The translations under genes and the position numbers were made by a program. The notes beneath the pieces were generated by a model, which did not search any database, was not told where the DNA came from, and saw only the letters and a list, made by a program, of their open reading frames with translations. This document shows, piece after piece, positions 19,290 to 28,858 of a stretch of 64,000 nucleotides of DNA (its first letter is position 1; each line of letters begins with the position of its first letter). The DNA comes from Candidatus Latescibacterota bacterium (lineage in GTDB: Bacteria; Latescibacterota; UBA2968; UBA8231), in NCBI GenBank assembly GCA_965204725.1, contig OZ242005.1, positions 2,496,001 through 2,560,000 of the forward strand, read 5' to 3'.

Positions 19290-20529
19290 AACAGGGCTGA
19301 TAACGGTCAGTCCTAAGTTTCCGCTATATTCCTATCAGCGGCAGGTGCTGGCTGACATCGTCCGTGCCCTATCATCTCCTGAGCGTCGAGCTGTCGCTCA
19401 TCTTCCCACCGGTGCCGGAAAGACCAGAATCGCAGCCCATACAGCCTGTCACTTGCTGAACGAGAAAGATACCAATGATTCCCTTGTCATCTGGTTGGCG
19501 GCTACAGAGGAACTTTGCGAACAGGCGGCAGCCCAACTCTCAGAGGCTTGGACTCATCTGGGACGGCGAGATGCCTGCATTCATCGACACTGGGGAAATC
19601 GGTCGCTTGATCTAAGGCGTCTGCCATCTGGGTTCTTAGTGACAGGTCTTGCCAAACTGCGTTCTGCTGCATTCCAAGACAACACCCTTCTTGCCCACCT
19701 TGCACACTGTGCCGCGGCCATCATCTTTGACGAAGCTCATCAGGCCGTTGCGAAAACCTACTCCTTTATAACTGAGCAGCTATGCAGTGTAAGGCCGCCG
19801 CTTCTCGGCCTTACGGCCACGCCGGGACGCTCAGCGCATCTGACTGAGGACGACTATCGACTTGCCAGCATGTTCAATCACAACAAAGTTTCGATAGATC
19901 CACGAGGACACGACAATCCCGTCACCTATCTCATCCAAAACCGCTATTTGGCCGACCCGCGCTTTGTGCCAGTCAGCTTCGAGTCTGATGCTACCATCGC
20001 AGACCCGCAGCCCGGCATGGATTACAGTACAGATGATCTCGACCGCCTAGGCCGCAACCATGAACGCACACTCAAGATCGCCGAACTCGCAAAGGCCGCG
20101 GCGGCACGTCACCCTCGTACCATTGTGTTCTGTCCGTCGGTAGAAAGTGCCTTGGAATGCAACAAACTCCTTCGAGAAAAAGAGATCGTAACTAACGTCA
20201 TTACCGCCAATACTCCTAGTGAAGACCGTCGGGCTATCATCGACTTTTTTAGAAGCGACAGCAGGGAGCATGTCGTGTTATTCAACTATGGCGTACTCAC
20301 CGCCGGCTTCGATGCGCCCCGGACGCGATGCGTCATCATCGCTCGCCCCACCACATCACTGGTACTCTACTCGCAAATGGCGGGACGAGCAATGCGCGGT
20401 CCTAGAGCGGGTGGAAATTCAAAAGCTGAGATACTCACCGTTGCCGACACGAATCTCCCGGGATTCGGGTCTGTGACTGATGCCTTCACAAATTGGGAGG
20501 AACTATGGTCGACCAACTCGCCGAACTAA
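19282..20529 (+). CDS. SF2 DEAH-box (ResIII-like) helicase
   Basis: Q motif YQ, LPTGAGKT, DEAH, TAT, LTAGFDAP, QMAGRAMR; GTG start overlaps the upstream stop. Confidence 0.9.
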   Translation: MSETGLITVSPKFPLYSYQRQVLADIVRALSSPERRAVAHLPTGAGKTRIAAHTACHLLNEKDTNDSLVIWLAATEELCEQAAAQLSEAWTHLGRRDACIHRHWGNRSLDLRRLPSGFLVTGLAKLRSAAFQDNTLLAHLAHCAAAIIFDEAHQAVAKTYSFITEQLCSVRPPLLGLTATPGRSAHLTEDDYRLASMFNHNKVSIDPRGHDNPVTYLIQNRYLADPRFVPVSFESDATIADPQPGMDYSTDDLDRLGRNHERTLKIAELAKAAAARHPRTIVFCPSVESALECNKLLREKEIVTNVITANTPSEDRRAIIDFFRSDSREHVVLFNYGVLTAGFDAPRTRCVIIARPTTSLVLYSQMAGRAMRGPRAGGNSKAEILTVADTNLPGFGSVTDAFTNWEELWSTNSPN

Positions 20530-22358
20530 AAGATGCAGATCGCAGCCTCTTTCCGAGCGATTTAACCATACGTGCTCTACGAGATAGTCGGTATCACAAC
20601 ACCGCCTATGCCATTGCCGAACTCATCGACAACTCGGTAGAGGCGAATGCTGGACAGATTGACCTCCTCTGCATGGAAGCACCTCAGAGAGTAGGGGTAC
20701 GGACTCAGCGACGAGTTTCCGAAGTGGCAGTCCTTGACAACGGCGATGGGATGGACGTAAAGACCCTCCTTGACGCCCTCAAATTTGGCGGGGGAACCCG
20801 TCATAATTCGGATAGAGGAGTAGGGAAATACGGCATGGGCCTCCCCACCTCGTCAATGTCGCAATGCAAAAGGGTGGATGTATGGACGTGGCAGGATGGC
20901 CTAGATTCAGTATGGCACTCCAGCATCGACGCTGACGACATTGAGCAAGGGAACCACAAGGTTCCCATTCCTGATCAAGAGACACCTATACCTGAGGTCT
21001 GGAGGGAGGCCGGCAGCGACGAAATATATGAACATCGCTCGGGTACGCTTGTCGTTTGGACCAAACTGGACAAAATTCAGTGGAGAACCGGCAGCACGAT
21101 CCTCAGACACACAGCCCGAGAGGTCGGTCGGATCCATCGGCACTGGATTGATGCGGAGATGACAAAAATACGAGTCGGCTTTTTTCTTAATAACCGCCCT
21201 ACCGAAATTAAGAGCGAGGACTGTATTGTCGCAAACGATCCTCTCTACCTGATGAATCCTTCCTCTACTCCTGTGCCTTGGAGTAACGAACCGATGTTTA
21301 AAGAATGGGCCAAGAAAGAATATACGCCTACCGTGGAGGGCAAAGAGGTCACTATTGAAGTGAAGTATTCAATCGTTAAGCCTGAAGCCTTGCAGACGAA
21401 CAGAGTTACGCAGAATCCCGGTGCTGAAAAGCATGGTACTCACGCCAGACACAACATCGGCGTATCGGTTGTTCGGGAAGACAGGGAGATTGTGCTCGAA
21501 GACGCCTTTCTTAGAGAAGGTGGGAGTGCTGAGAATCCACAGAACCGCTGGTGGGGCTGTGAGGTGCATTTCCCTCGCAGTTGCGATGAGTTGTTTGGCG
21601 TAGATCACAACAAGCAGATGGCTGCAAATTTCACACATGCAGCGAAGACCCTCGCTCGTGACGACCGCCCCAATCAGGTAATACTAGACGAGATGGGAAT
21701 CGACGACGACATCATCTATACCATAGTAGGGGATATTCGAGACGAAACGCGCACCATGATGAGTCAAATAAGGCAGATGTTTGATCAGAGACGGAACCTA
21801 CAGAATGGGGGCGGCGGAAGAAGCCCCGAAAAGAAAGCCGCAAAGACCGCTACTGACGCAGACCGAGAGGCTATAGAGGCTGGTGAAGAAACACCGACTA
21901 AGACAGATAAAGACCGCGAGCAAATTCCATCCCAAGAGCGGGAGGCTCGTCTCACGCAACAGTTCATTGAATCTGGTCAAGCTGCTCAAGACGCCCAACA
22001 ACTCGCGAAGCAATTGGTACAGGAAGACCTGTCATACCAGTTCAACTCGGATCAGCTTGACGGATTCCAGATTTTTAACGTGCGCTCGAACCAAGGAGTT
22101 CTGCACATCAATCTCAACACCGATCACCCGATCTATGACCTCCTCAAGCACATTGAAAACGGCCTTCCAGAAGATATCGACGAGAGCAGCCCTGCATTCC
22201 AAGCCAGCGTTGCGATCAGATTATTGTTGTCGTCGTGGGCTCGAATGGAAGACCAGACCGAATCACGTGAAGAGCGAATACGCATTCAGGACGTTGCCAT
22301 GAATTGGGGCCGTCAGGTAGATAAGGCCATCAATCAACTGCGCGATAGAGAGGGGTAG
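20505..22358 (+). CDS. MORC-like GHKL ATPase (HATPase_c_3)
   Basis: AELIDNS, DNGDGM, GKYGMG and SGT Bergerat motifs; S5-like middle region; C-terminal INLNTDHP; GGAGG RBS. Confidence 0.85.
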   Translation: MVDQLAELKDADRSLFPSDLTIRALRDSRYHNTAYAIAELIDNSVEANAGQIDLLCMEAPQRVGVRTQRRVSEVAVLDNGDGMDVKTLLDALKFGGGTRHNSDRGVGKYGMGLPTSSMSQCKRVDVWTWQDGLDSVWHSSIDADDIEQGNHKVPIPDQETPIPEVWREAGSDEIYEHRSGTLVVWTKLDKIQWRTGSTILRHTAREVGRIHRHWIDAEMTKIRVGFFLNNRPTEIKSEDCIVANDPLYLMNPSSTPVPWSNEPMFKEWAKKEYTPTVEGKEVTIEVKYSIVKPEALQTNRVTQNPGAEKHGTHARHNIGVSVVREDREIVLEDAFLREGGSAENPQNRWWGCEVHFPRSCDELFGVDHNKQMAANFTHAAKTLARDDRPNQVILDEMGIDDDIIYTIVGDIRDETRTMMSQIRQMFDQRRNLQNGGGGRSPEKKAAKTATDADREAIEAGEETPTKTDKDREQIPSQEREARLTQQFIESGQAAQDAQQLAKQLVQEDLSYQFNSDQLDGFQIFNVRSNQGVLHINLNTDHPIYDLLKHIENGLPEDIDESSPAFQASVAIRLLLSSWARMEDQTESREERIRIQDVAMNWGRQVDKAINQLRDREG

Positions 22359-22360
22359 GA

Positions 22361-23206
22361 ATGTACGGGCGGCCCGGAGACATGTTGAGCAGTGTTTGTT
22401 CAGGTGCCCAACATCTCATCATCGCGGCACCGTACATCAAGGCTGATGCTCTTACTAAAGTTCTGGCCGACGTTAGTCCGGCAGCATCTCTTATATGTAT
22501 CACGAGGTGGAGTCCGCACGACCTCGCTGTGGGTGCTTCCGACACCGAATGCCGCACTATTGTCTCTGAGCGTGGAGGCTCATTCAGGCTCCACCCGTCA
22601 CTTCACGCCAAATACTATCGAGTGGATAACGTGGTCCTCATCGGGTCTGCTAATCTGACCTCTTCCGCATTGGGCTGGTCGCGCCAGCCTAATCTAGAAA
22701 TCCTCTGTCTTCCGGGAGACGACTTCGACGCGGACACCTTTCAGCAATTTCTGTTTGAGGGAGCAAGAGAAATCGGTGACGAGGAATTCGCACATTGGGA
22801 ATCCATAGCTAAGATCGGTGCTCAAGAGACGGGAAAGGCAACTGGCGGCCAACCCCGGCTTGACACTTGGCGACCGGCAACTCGCGACTTTAGGAACTTA
22901 GAACTCGCCTATCAGGGCAGAGAAGACGAGATCGCTTCATTCGACGAGCAGCGAGCGGCACAGCGCGACATCCGAGCTCTCCTAATCCCGCCTAGCTCAA
23001 CCGATGAACAGGTCCGAATGTGGGCATCGGCTTGTCTGCTTGCTGCCCCTTTCACCAACGCCGTGATACGGCTGCATGGTATAGAGGAACCAAATGCATC
23101 CCGCTCGCTGGCCGAGACCTATAATCTCGGAAGAGCTGAGGCTCGCAGGGATATGGAAACTGTCCAGAACTGGCTCACATTCCTCATGCCAGAACTACTG
23201 AACTGA
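22361..23206 (+). CDS. Phospholipase D-family nuclease (single HKD)
   Basis: AAPYI, LHAKYYRVD (HxKxxxxD), GSANLT, NLE. Confidence 0.85.
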   Translation: MYGRPGDMLSSVCSGAQHLIIAAPYIKADALTKVLADVSPAASLICITRWSPHDLAVGASDTECRTIVSERGGSFRLHPSLHAKYYRVDNVVLIGSANLTSSALGWSRQPNLEILCLPGDDFDADTFQQFLFEGAREIGDEEFAHWESIAKIGAQETGKATGGQPRLDTWRPATRDFRNLELAYQGREDEIASFDEQRAAQRDIRALLIPPSSTDEQVRMWASACLLAAPFTNAVIRLHGIEEPNASRSLAETYNLGRAEARRDMETVQNWLTFLMPELLN

Positions 23207-23286
23207 GAGGACGCCGATCCTTTCGCCGCGAGATCGGGCGAACCCGCGACTGCGGGATATTCCACAGAGAGGAACTGCTGACCTAA
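23204..23286 (+). repeat. Right copy of duplicated rmlC 3' end (displaced tail)
   Basis: Encodes RTPILSPRDRANPRLRDIP, then a 1-nt indel; ends in TAATG overlapping the next start. Confidence 0.9.
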
Positions 23287-24149
23287 TGACATTTGATTTG
23301 ATGAAAGCACTCTTGGATACTGAGGCCCTGCGTCTCGCCCCACCGGGCGAGGTGTTTTGGTACACCTCGGGCACGGTAGGCCCTTACTACCTCAACGCAC
23401 ACTATCTCTACGGCGGCCCGGCCGCAGCCACGGAATTGCTATCCTTCATCGATGCGGCCAAGGAGCAGGAGGACTTCCCCCAGCGCTTGCGGGAGCGCGT
23501 CTTGAAGCAGTGCGCCGAGGACGCCGTCTATCGCCAAGTCATTGACTCCTTAGTCGCTCAAGCACAGGCCAGCGGGGCGCGGTTTGACGCGGTGTCGGGT
23601 GGCGAGCGCCGCGACTGGTTTTTTTCGCTGGCCGTGGCCGAGCGGTTGGGCAAGCCCTCATTGCTGATCTACAAGGATCGGCGCACCGCGTTACTGGAGG
23701 GAGAAACGCTGCGCCCAGCAGCGGCCAACTCAGTAGAAACGCTGCACGTGGCCGATATGGTGACCGAAGCGTCGAGTTACCTCCGCGCTTGGATCCCGGC
23801 AGTCGCAGCCGGCGGCGGGCGGATCGCCTATGCGGCCAATGTGGTCGATCGCGGGCAAGGCGGCTTGGAGGTGCTCAAAGCCGAGGGCATTGCGGCCGGA
23901 GCACTTATGCGCGTGGATGAGGCGTTCTTTGGCCGCATAGGCGAGTTGGGGCAGGTAGATGAGGCACAACGGGCAAGGCTCATTGAGTACTACCGCGACC
24001 CACACGGGGCGATGCGGGCCTTCTTGGAAGCGCATCCCGAGTTTTTGCGGCGCGCACTCCACGGCCGCGATGCACAGGCGGCGCAGCGCGCCCGCTTGCT
24101 CATCGCCGAAAACCCCTACGCGCTCGACGAGGCCCTCTGGCAAGGCTGA
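23286..24149 (+). CDS. pyrE: Type I phosphoribosyltransferase, orotate PRTase-like
   Basis: FWYTSG..GPYY, VSGGERR, HVADMVTEASS PRPP-binding loop, VVDRGQGG. Confidence 0.6.
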   Translation: MTFDLMKALLDTEALRLAPPGEVFWYTSGTVGPYYLNAHYLYGGPAAATELLSFIDAAKEQEDFPQRLRERVLKQCAEDAVYRQVIDSLVAQAQASGARFDAVSGGERRDWFFSLAVAERLGKPSLLIYKDRRTALLEGETLRPAAANSVETLHVADMVTEASSYLRAWIPAVAAGGGRIAYAANVVDRGQGGLEVLKAEGIAAGALMRVDEAFFGRIGELGQVDEAQRARLIEYYRDPHGAMRAFLEAHPEFLRRALHGRDAQAAQRARLLIAENPYALDEALWQG

Positions 24150-24150
24150 T

Positions 24151-27100
24151 CTAGCCGGCCGCCGCTTCCAATTCTTCGCCCTCAACCCGCACCGAAACGA
24201 GCTGGGAAACCCCTTCCTCCGGCATGGTGACGCCGTGCAGCGCGTCGGCGGCCGCCATGGTGATCTTGTTGTGCGTCACCACGACGAATTGCGTTTCTCG
24301 GGCAAACTCCTTGAGCACGCGCACGAAGCGATTGATGTTCGCGTCGTCGAGCGGGGCATCGACCTCGTCGAGGATGCAGAACGGGCTGGGCTTGACTTGG
24401 TAGATGGCAAAGAGCAATGCGATCGCCGTCAGCGCCCGCTCGCCGCCCGACAGCAGGGCAATGTTTTGCAGGCGCTTGCCGCGGGGGCGGGCGATGATGT
24501 CGATGCGGGCCTCTAGGGCATCGACGTTTTCCTCGAGGCGGAGGTCGGCCTCGCCCCCGGGGAAGAAGCGGACAAAGGTCCCCTTAAACTTCGCGCGGAT
24601 CTGCTCGAAAGACTTGAGAAACATCCGCCGCGCCGTGCGGTCAATCAGGCTGAGGGTCTTCTTCAGGTCCTCGGCCGCGATCACTAGATCGTCGCGCTGG
24701 TGGCGGAGAAAGTCGTAGCGCTCCTTTTGCTCCCGGTGTTCTTCCAATACGCCCAAGTGTACCGAACCCAAGCGGTGTAGGGACTGCCGCAGTTGGTCAA
24801 TGCGCTGTTGGGCGGCTTCCTCGTCGAGGGCTTCGTCGAGGGGACCCATGGCCGCAACATCGCAGTGCTGCTCCTCCTGCAAGCGCGAGCGAATGTGCTG
24901 GGTCTGTAGCTGCAACTCGGAGACGCGCACTTCGAGGCTCGCACGCCGCTCGCGCTGGTCGTTGAGCTGCCGCTGCAGGTGGCTGATGGTTTCCTGCAAC
25001 TCGCGGTTTTGGGCATTGGCCGCGGCCCAGCGCTGACGGCGTTGGTCTTGCTCTGCGGCCAAGCCCTCGCGGTCTTGGTGCAATCCCTTGAGCTCGTCTG
25101 TCAAGGCGGCACTGCGCTCACTGCATTCGGCCTGCTGGCGCTCGGCCTCGGTCCCTTCAGCCGCTAGGCGCTCAATGTTATTGTGCAGGTTGGCGTCGAT
25201 GTTTTTTAGGCGGGTGGCGTCGCGCTCTAGCCCTTGGATTATTTCGGTGGTGCGGGCGTGTTCCACCTGTAGCGCGCCGAGTGCTTCGCGCCGCTGGTGC
25301 CGCTGGGTTTCGCTCTGTTTGAGCTCCTCTTCCAAGGTGCTACTTTCCTCGCTGAGGCGGGTGCTTGCGGCCTCGTGGTGGCGCAGGTGTTCGGCTCGCT
25401 CGGCGATGCTTTGGTCGAGGGCTTGGCGGCGCTGGGCCAAGCGGGCGCTTTCGCTGTGGAGTTGCTTTAGGCGGGCGGCGAGCCGCTCGGCGTCCGCGCG
25501 GGCGCGCTGGTGTTGGTGGACCTGCTCGCGCTCGTTGGCTCGCCAAGTTTCGCTCTCGGCGGCTAGGGCCTCTAGGCGTTGCGCGAGCGCGTCGAGTTGC
25601 TCGGTGAGCGCGTCGATCCGGGGGACTAAGGCGGCATACCGTGCGTTTTGGTGGGCGACGAGCGAGCGCAAGGTGCGAATCTCCCGCCCGCGACCGAGGA
25701 CGCCCGAATCCTCGGCTTGGCTCTGGCCGCCCGACGCGAGGCCAAAGAGATCGATGGCTTCTCCGTCGATTGTGACACAGCGCAGGTAGGCGGTCGGGTA
25801 GCGGCGCGTCAGGGCCAGCGCAGTTTGCAGGTCGTCAACCAGAAAAGTGTTGTGCAAGAGGCAGGCGATCAGCGGGGCGATGGCGGCTTCGGGCCGCACG
25901 TAATCGAGCAATGGGCCGCGGAGCCTGGGCATGGGATCGGGGACCAAAACCGGGCCGAGGGGGCGAGGGGGGGCCTCTAGCGAGAGAATGCCGACGAGGC
26001 CAGAACGCGCCCGGAGATGGGCAATGCCTTTGAGCAAGCCGCTGTCCGAATGGGCGATCAACGCCTGAAGGGCCTCGCCGAGAGCGACCTCGACCACACG
26101 GGCGCGTTCTGGATCGACTTCGACTAGGTCGCCGAGGACGCCGTGGAACAGGGCCGCGTGTGGCGATTCGAGCATCAAGGTACGCACCCCGCTCTGATAG
26201 CCTTCGTAGCCGGCGCGCACTTTTTCGAGGGCTTGGACCCGCGCTTGGTTGGCCTCAGCAGCGCGCCGGGCCGCATCGCGTTGGACGCCGAGTTCGCGGA
26301 GGTCCTGCTCGATTTGCTCGCGCTCGGCGCGGGCGGCCGTGCGCTGTTGCTCGCAGGTGGATAGCTGCTGCCGAGTGGCGGTGAGGGCGGCTTCGGCCGC
26401 GGCCGCCGCTTGCAGGGCTTGGTCGCGTTCGGCCGCGACAGGGGACTCTTCGGCGCGCATGGCACCGGCGCGTTCGTCGAGCGCGTCGCGCTCGGCCTGC
26501 TGGCGCTCGAGTGCCCGGCTTATTTCGCCTCCTTGGCGCAGGTGCTCCATGCGCCCGCGCTGGCGTTGGGCCAACTCGGCTCGGTGGCTGTTGTATGCCT
26601 CTTCGGCCTGCGTGGCGCGCTGTTGGTGAGCCTGCAAGTCGCGCTCTATACGCACAAAGTCGGCGCGCACTTGGTCGCGGTGCGCGGTATTGTCGCGGTG
26701 CTGCTGCTGCACGGCTTCGAGTTGGCGGCTGTAATCGGCGTGTTCGCGGGCCGTGCGGGCGCGGATTTGTTCGGCCGCCTCGCGCCGCTCGCGCACGGCT
26801 ACGAGGAGCTGTTCGCGCTCGTGAATGGCCTCGATGCGGCGATTGAGCTCAAGGCCCGCTTGCTGCATGGCCTTCTCGGCTTCGGTCAGCGCGAGGCGCA
26901 CCTTTTCGAGCTCGGCCTCGCGGGTGGTAAAGCGGGTGTAGCCTTCTTCGGTCGCCTTGCTGAGGGCGGCAAATTCGTCTTGCAACGGGGAGATTTGGGC
27001 ACTGAGGGCGAAGAAACGCTGGCGTCCCAAGCGCACGTCGAGTTGGTCTAGCTCCTCTTTGAGTTCGCGGTAGCGACGCGCCCGGCCCACTTGGCGGCCG

Positions 27101-27714
27101 AGATGGTCAACTTGGCGTTTGACCTCGACGATGATGTCTTCAATCCGCTGTAGATCGGCTTGGGCGGCTTCGATCCGATTCCACGTGGAGCGCCGCTGAA
27201 CCTTGTATTTGGTGATACCGGCGGCCTCTTCGAGGATGCGGCGGCGGTTGTCGGTCTTGTCGCTGATGATTTCATCGACCATGCCCTGCTCCATTACGGC
27301 ATAAGCACCTTGGCCGAGGCCGGTGTCCATGAGCAGGTTGGTGATGTCTAAGAGGCGGCAGGGAATTTTGTTGAGGAGATAATCGCTCTCGCCGGAGCGG
27401 AAAAGACGTCGGGTGAGCACGACTTCGGCAAATTCGACGGGCAGCGCGTTATCGCGGTTTTCAATTTTCAGCGCGACTTCGGCCATCCCGAGGGCCTTGC
27501 GCTGGCGGGTGCCAGCAAATATCACGTCCTCCATGCGTTGGCTGCGGAACGTGCCAGCGCGCTGTTCGCCTAAGACCCAGCGGATGGCCTCCACCACATT
27601 GGACTTGCCGCAGCCGTTGGGGCCGACGATGGCCGTAATGCCCGGCTCAAAGGGAATGACAATTTTTTGCGCAAAGGACTTAAAACCAAAAATCTCGAGT
27701 TGATTGAGGCGCAC
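24151..27714 (-). CDS. smc: Chromosome segregation protein SMC
   Basis: GFKSF, GPNGCGKSN, coiled coils with hinge, LSGGE, LDEVDAPLD. Confidence 0.97.
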   Translation of the reverse strand: MRLNQLEIFGFKSFAQKIVIPFEPGITAIVGPNGCGKSNVVEAIRWVLGEQRAGTFRSQRMEDVIFAGTRQRKALGMAEVALKIENRDNALPVEFAEVVLTRRLFRSGESDYLLNKIPCRLLDITNLLMDTGLGQGAYAVMEQGMVDEIISDKTDNRRRILEEAAGITKYKVQRRSTWNRIEAAQADLQRIEDIIVEVKRQVDHLGRQVGRARRYRELKEELDQLDVRLGRQRFFALSAQISPLQDEFAALSKATEEGYTRFTTREAELEKVRLALTEAEKAMQQAGLELNRRIEAIHEREQLLVAVRERREAAEQIRARTAREHADYSRQLEAVQQQHRDNTAHRDQVRADFVRIERDLQAHQQRATQAEEAYNSHRAELAQRQRGRMEHLRQGGEISRALERQQAERDALDERAGAMRAEESPVAAERDQALQAAAAAEAALTATRQQLSTCEQQRTAARAEREQIEQDLRELGVQRDAARRAAEANQARVQALEKVRAGYEGYQSGVRTLMLESPHAALFHGVLGDLVEVDPERARVVEVALGEALQALIAHSDSGLLKGIAHLRARSGLVGILSLEAPPRPLGPVLVPDPMPRLRGPLLDYVRPEAAIAPLIACLLHNTFLVDDLQTALALTRRYPTAYLRCVTIDGEAIDLFGLASGGQSQAEDSGVLGRGREIRTLRSLVAHQNARYAALVPRIDALTEQLDALAQRLEALAAESETWRANEREQVHQHQRARADAERLAARLKQLHSESARLAQRRQALDQSIAERAEHLRHHEAASTRLSEESSTLEEELKQSETQRHQRREALGALQVEHARTTEIIQGLERDATRLKNIDANLHNNIERLAAEGTEAERQQAECSERSAALTDELKGLHQDREGLAAEQDQRRQRWAAANAQNRELQETISHLQRQLNDQRERRASLEVRVSELQLQTQHIRSRLQEEQHCDVAAMGPLDEALDEEAAQQRIDQLRQSLHRLGSVHLGVLEEHREQKERYDFLRHQRDDLVIAAEDLKKTLSLIDRTARRMFLKSFEQIRAKFKGTFVRFFPGGEADLRLEENVDALEARIDIIARPRGKRLQNIALLSGGERALTAIALLFAIYQVKPSPFCILDEVDAPLDDANINRFVRVLKEFARETQFVVVTHNKITMAAADALHGVTMPEEGVSQLVSVRVEGEELEAAAG

Positions 27715-27862
27715 GGTCTAGCTCCTGCCGGGCGCTGGGGAGGGAGCGCTCCGCTGGGGAGAGGGTGAGGGGCGGGCAATGCTAGGGGAGTGAGAAATGG
27801 CTTGGGGGGAGCCGTTTTTAAGTACTCAAAATTGAGAACCGCTGTCAAGGCAACGGCCACGA

Positions 27863-28351
27863 TCAGAAGTCCAAGGCCGAGTCGTCCACTGCGGCCGGGT
27901 CGTCTTCCTTGCCCATGGCGATGACGTGCTCGGCGGTGATCGCTTGGCGGCCGGCGTATCCAGCGTCGAGTTCGTGCCAATAGGCCACTCGGGGTTCGCC
28001 GCGCTGCCAGCACAACAGCACCCAGCGGCCTTGGTACGTAGTGGGGAAATCGAGGAGGCCGAGTTCGAGGCCGCCGACCGGGAAGCGGATGCCCGCGGCG
28101 ATAATTTCCGCGGCTACGATGCGCTTGATGTCCGTGATTAGCTCGTCGATGGACTGGCGGTGCTGGTAGAACGCGGCGTGATCGGGATTGGTGCTGTGGG
28201 AAATCGCTGGGCCCCAAAGCGCGTCGAGAATTTGCACCTGTTGGTCGTGGTAGCGGACGGCACTCTTTTTGACCTCTAGGCGCTGGAGCACATCCTCTAG
28301 CTGAGGCAGTTGGGCGTTGGCCTCTTCAATGGTAAATGCCTTGCGCGTCAT
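27863..28351 (-). CDS. DUF2203-like protein
   Basis: FTIEEANAQLP, GLLDFP, LCWQRGE...WH...GYAGRQ. Confidence 0.75.
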   Translation of the reverse strand: MTRKAFTIEEANAQLPQLEDVLQRLEVKKSAVRYHDQQVQILDALWGPAISHSTNPDHAAFYQHRQSIDELITDIKRIVAAEIIAAGIRFPVGGLELGLLDFPTTYQGRWVLLCWQRGEPRVAYWHELDAGYAGRQAITAEHVIAMGKEDDPAAVDDSALDF

Positions 28352-28474
28352 GGCTTTGTGGGGTGAGAGTCTTTCTATATTTATGGGCCGTGCGGCAAAG
28401 TATAGGCATTGCTGGGGGCCCCTACAAGCCCTTGCGCGGCTTTTGGCGATACGTGATATTTAACCCTGTTTTAC

Positions 28475-28514
28475 GAGGCGGAAGGGGTCGGCGCAGCCAG
28501 CCCCGTCTTTTTTT
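28475..28514 (+). terminator. Terminator-like hairpin in the gatC leader
   Basis: GC-rich imperfect stem (ggggtcggc/gccagcccc) followed by T7, 20 nt before the gatC ATG. Confidence 0.4.
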
Positions 28515-28533
28515 ATTTGCTACCAAAGTTCAC

Positions 28534-28821
28534 ATGGCGGTTACTACACAAGACGTCCACCGGGTTGCCGAGTTGGCGCGGTTGCGCTTTTCGCCCGCAG
28601 AGGAGGAAAGGCTGGCCGAGGAACTCAACCGCATCTTGCAGTACATGGACAAGCTCAACGAGCTAGACACCACGGGCGTAGAGCCTACGTCCCACGTGCT
28701 GCCCCTCGCCAACGCGTTTCGCCGCGACGAGGCAATGTCCTTTCCCGCAGCGGGCGAAATCGTCGCCGCGGCCCCGCAGCGCCAAGGGGATTACTTCAAG
28801 GTTCCGCGAATCATCGATTGA
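28534..28821 (+). CDS. gatC: Asp/Glu-tRNA amidotransferase subunit C
   Basis: VHRVAELARL, LNELDT.GVEPT, RRDE, YFKVPRII. Confidence 0.92.
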   Translation: MAVTTQDVHRVAELARLRFSPAEEERLAEELNRILQYMDKLNELDTTGVEPTSHVLPLANAFRRDEAMSFPAAGEIVAAAPQRQGDYFKVPRIID

Positions 28822-28858
28822 CGCTCGAGCAGCGGGCAGTTCAAAGGAGCGCGCCAAC

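Larger units (their letters stand above)
18193..23203. mobile_element. Genomic island (four-gene putative DNA modification/defence cassette) inserted in the rmlC 3' end
   Basis: Bracketed by ~82-bp direct repeats; visibly more AT-rich than the flanks; no integrase inside. Confidence 0.75.

Noticed and set aside
18193-23203. Autonomous integrative element or prophage
   Set aside because: No integrase, transposase or phage structural genes.
18420-23206. DISARM or Mza assignment
   Set aside because: No DrmB/DUF1998, methyltransferase, Z1 or AIPR gene is recognisable.
27730-27812. G-rich tract upstream of smc as a G-quadruplex element
   Set aside because: G-runs are irregular and expected in high-GC DNA; no independent support.
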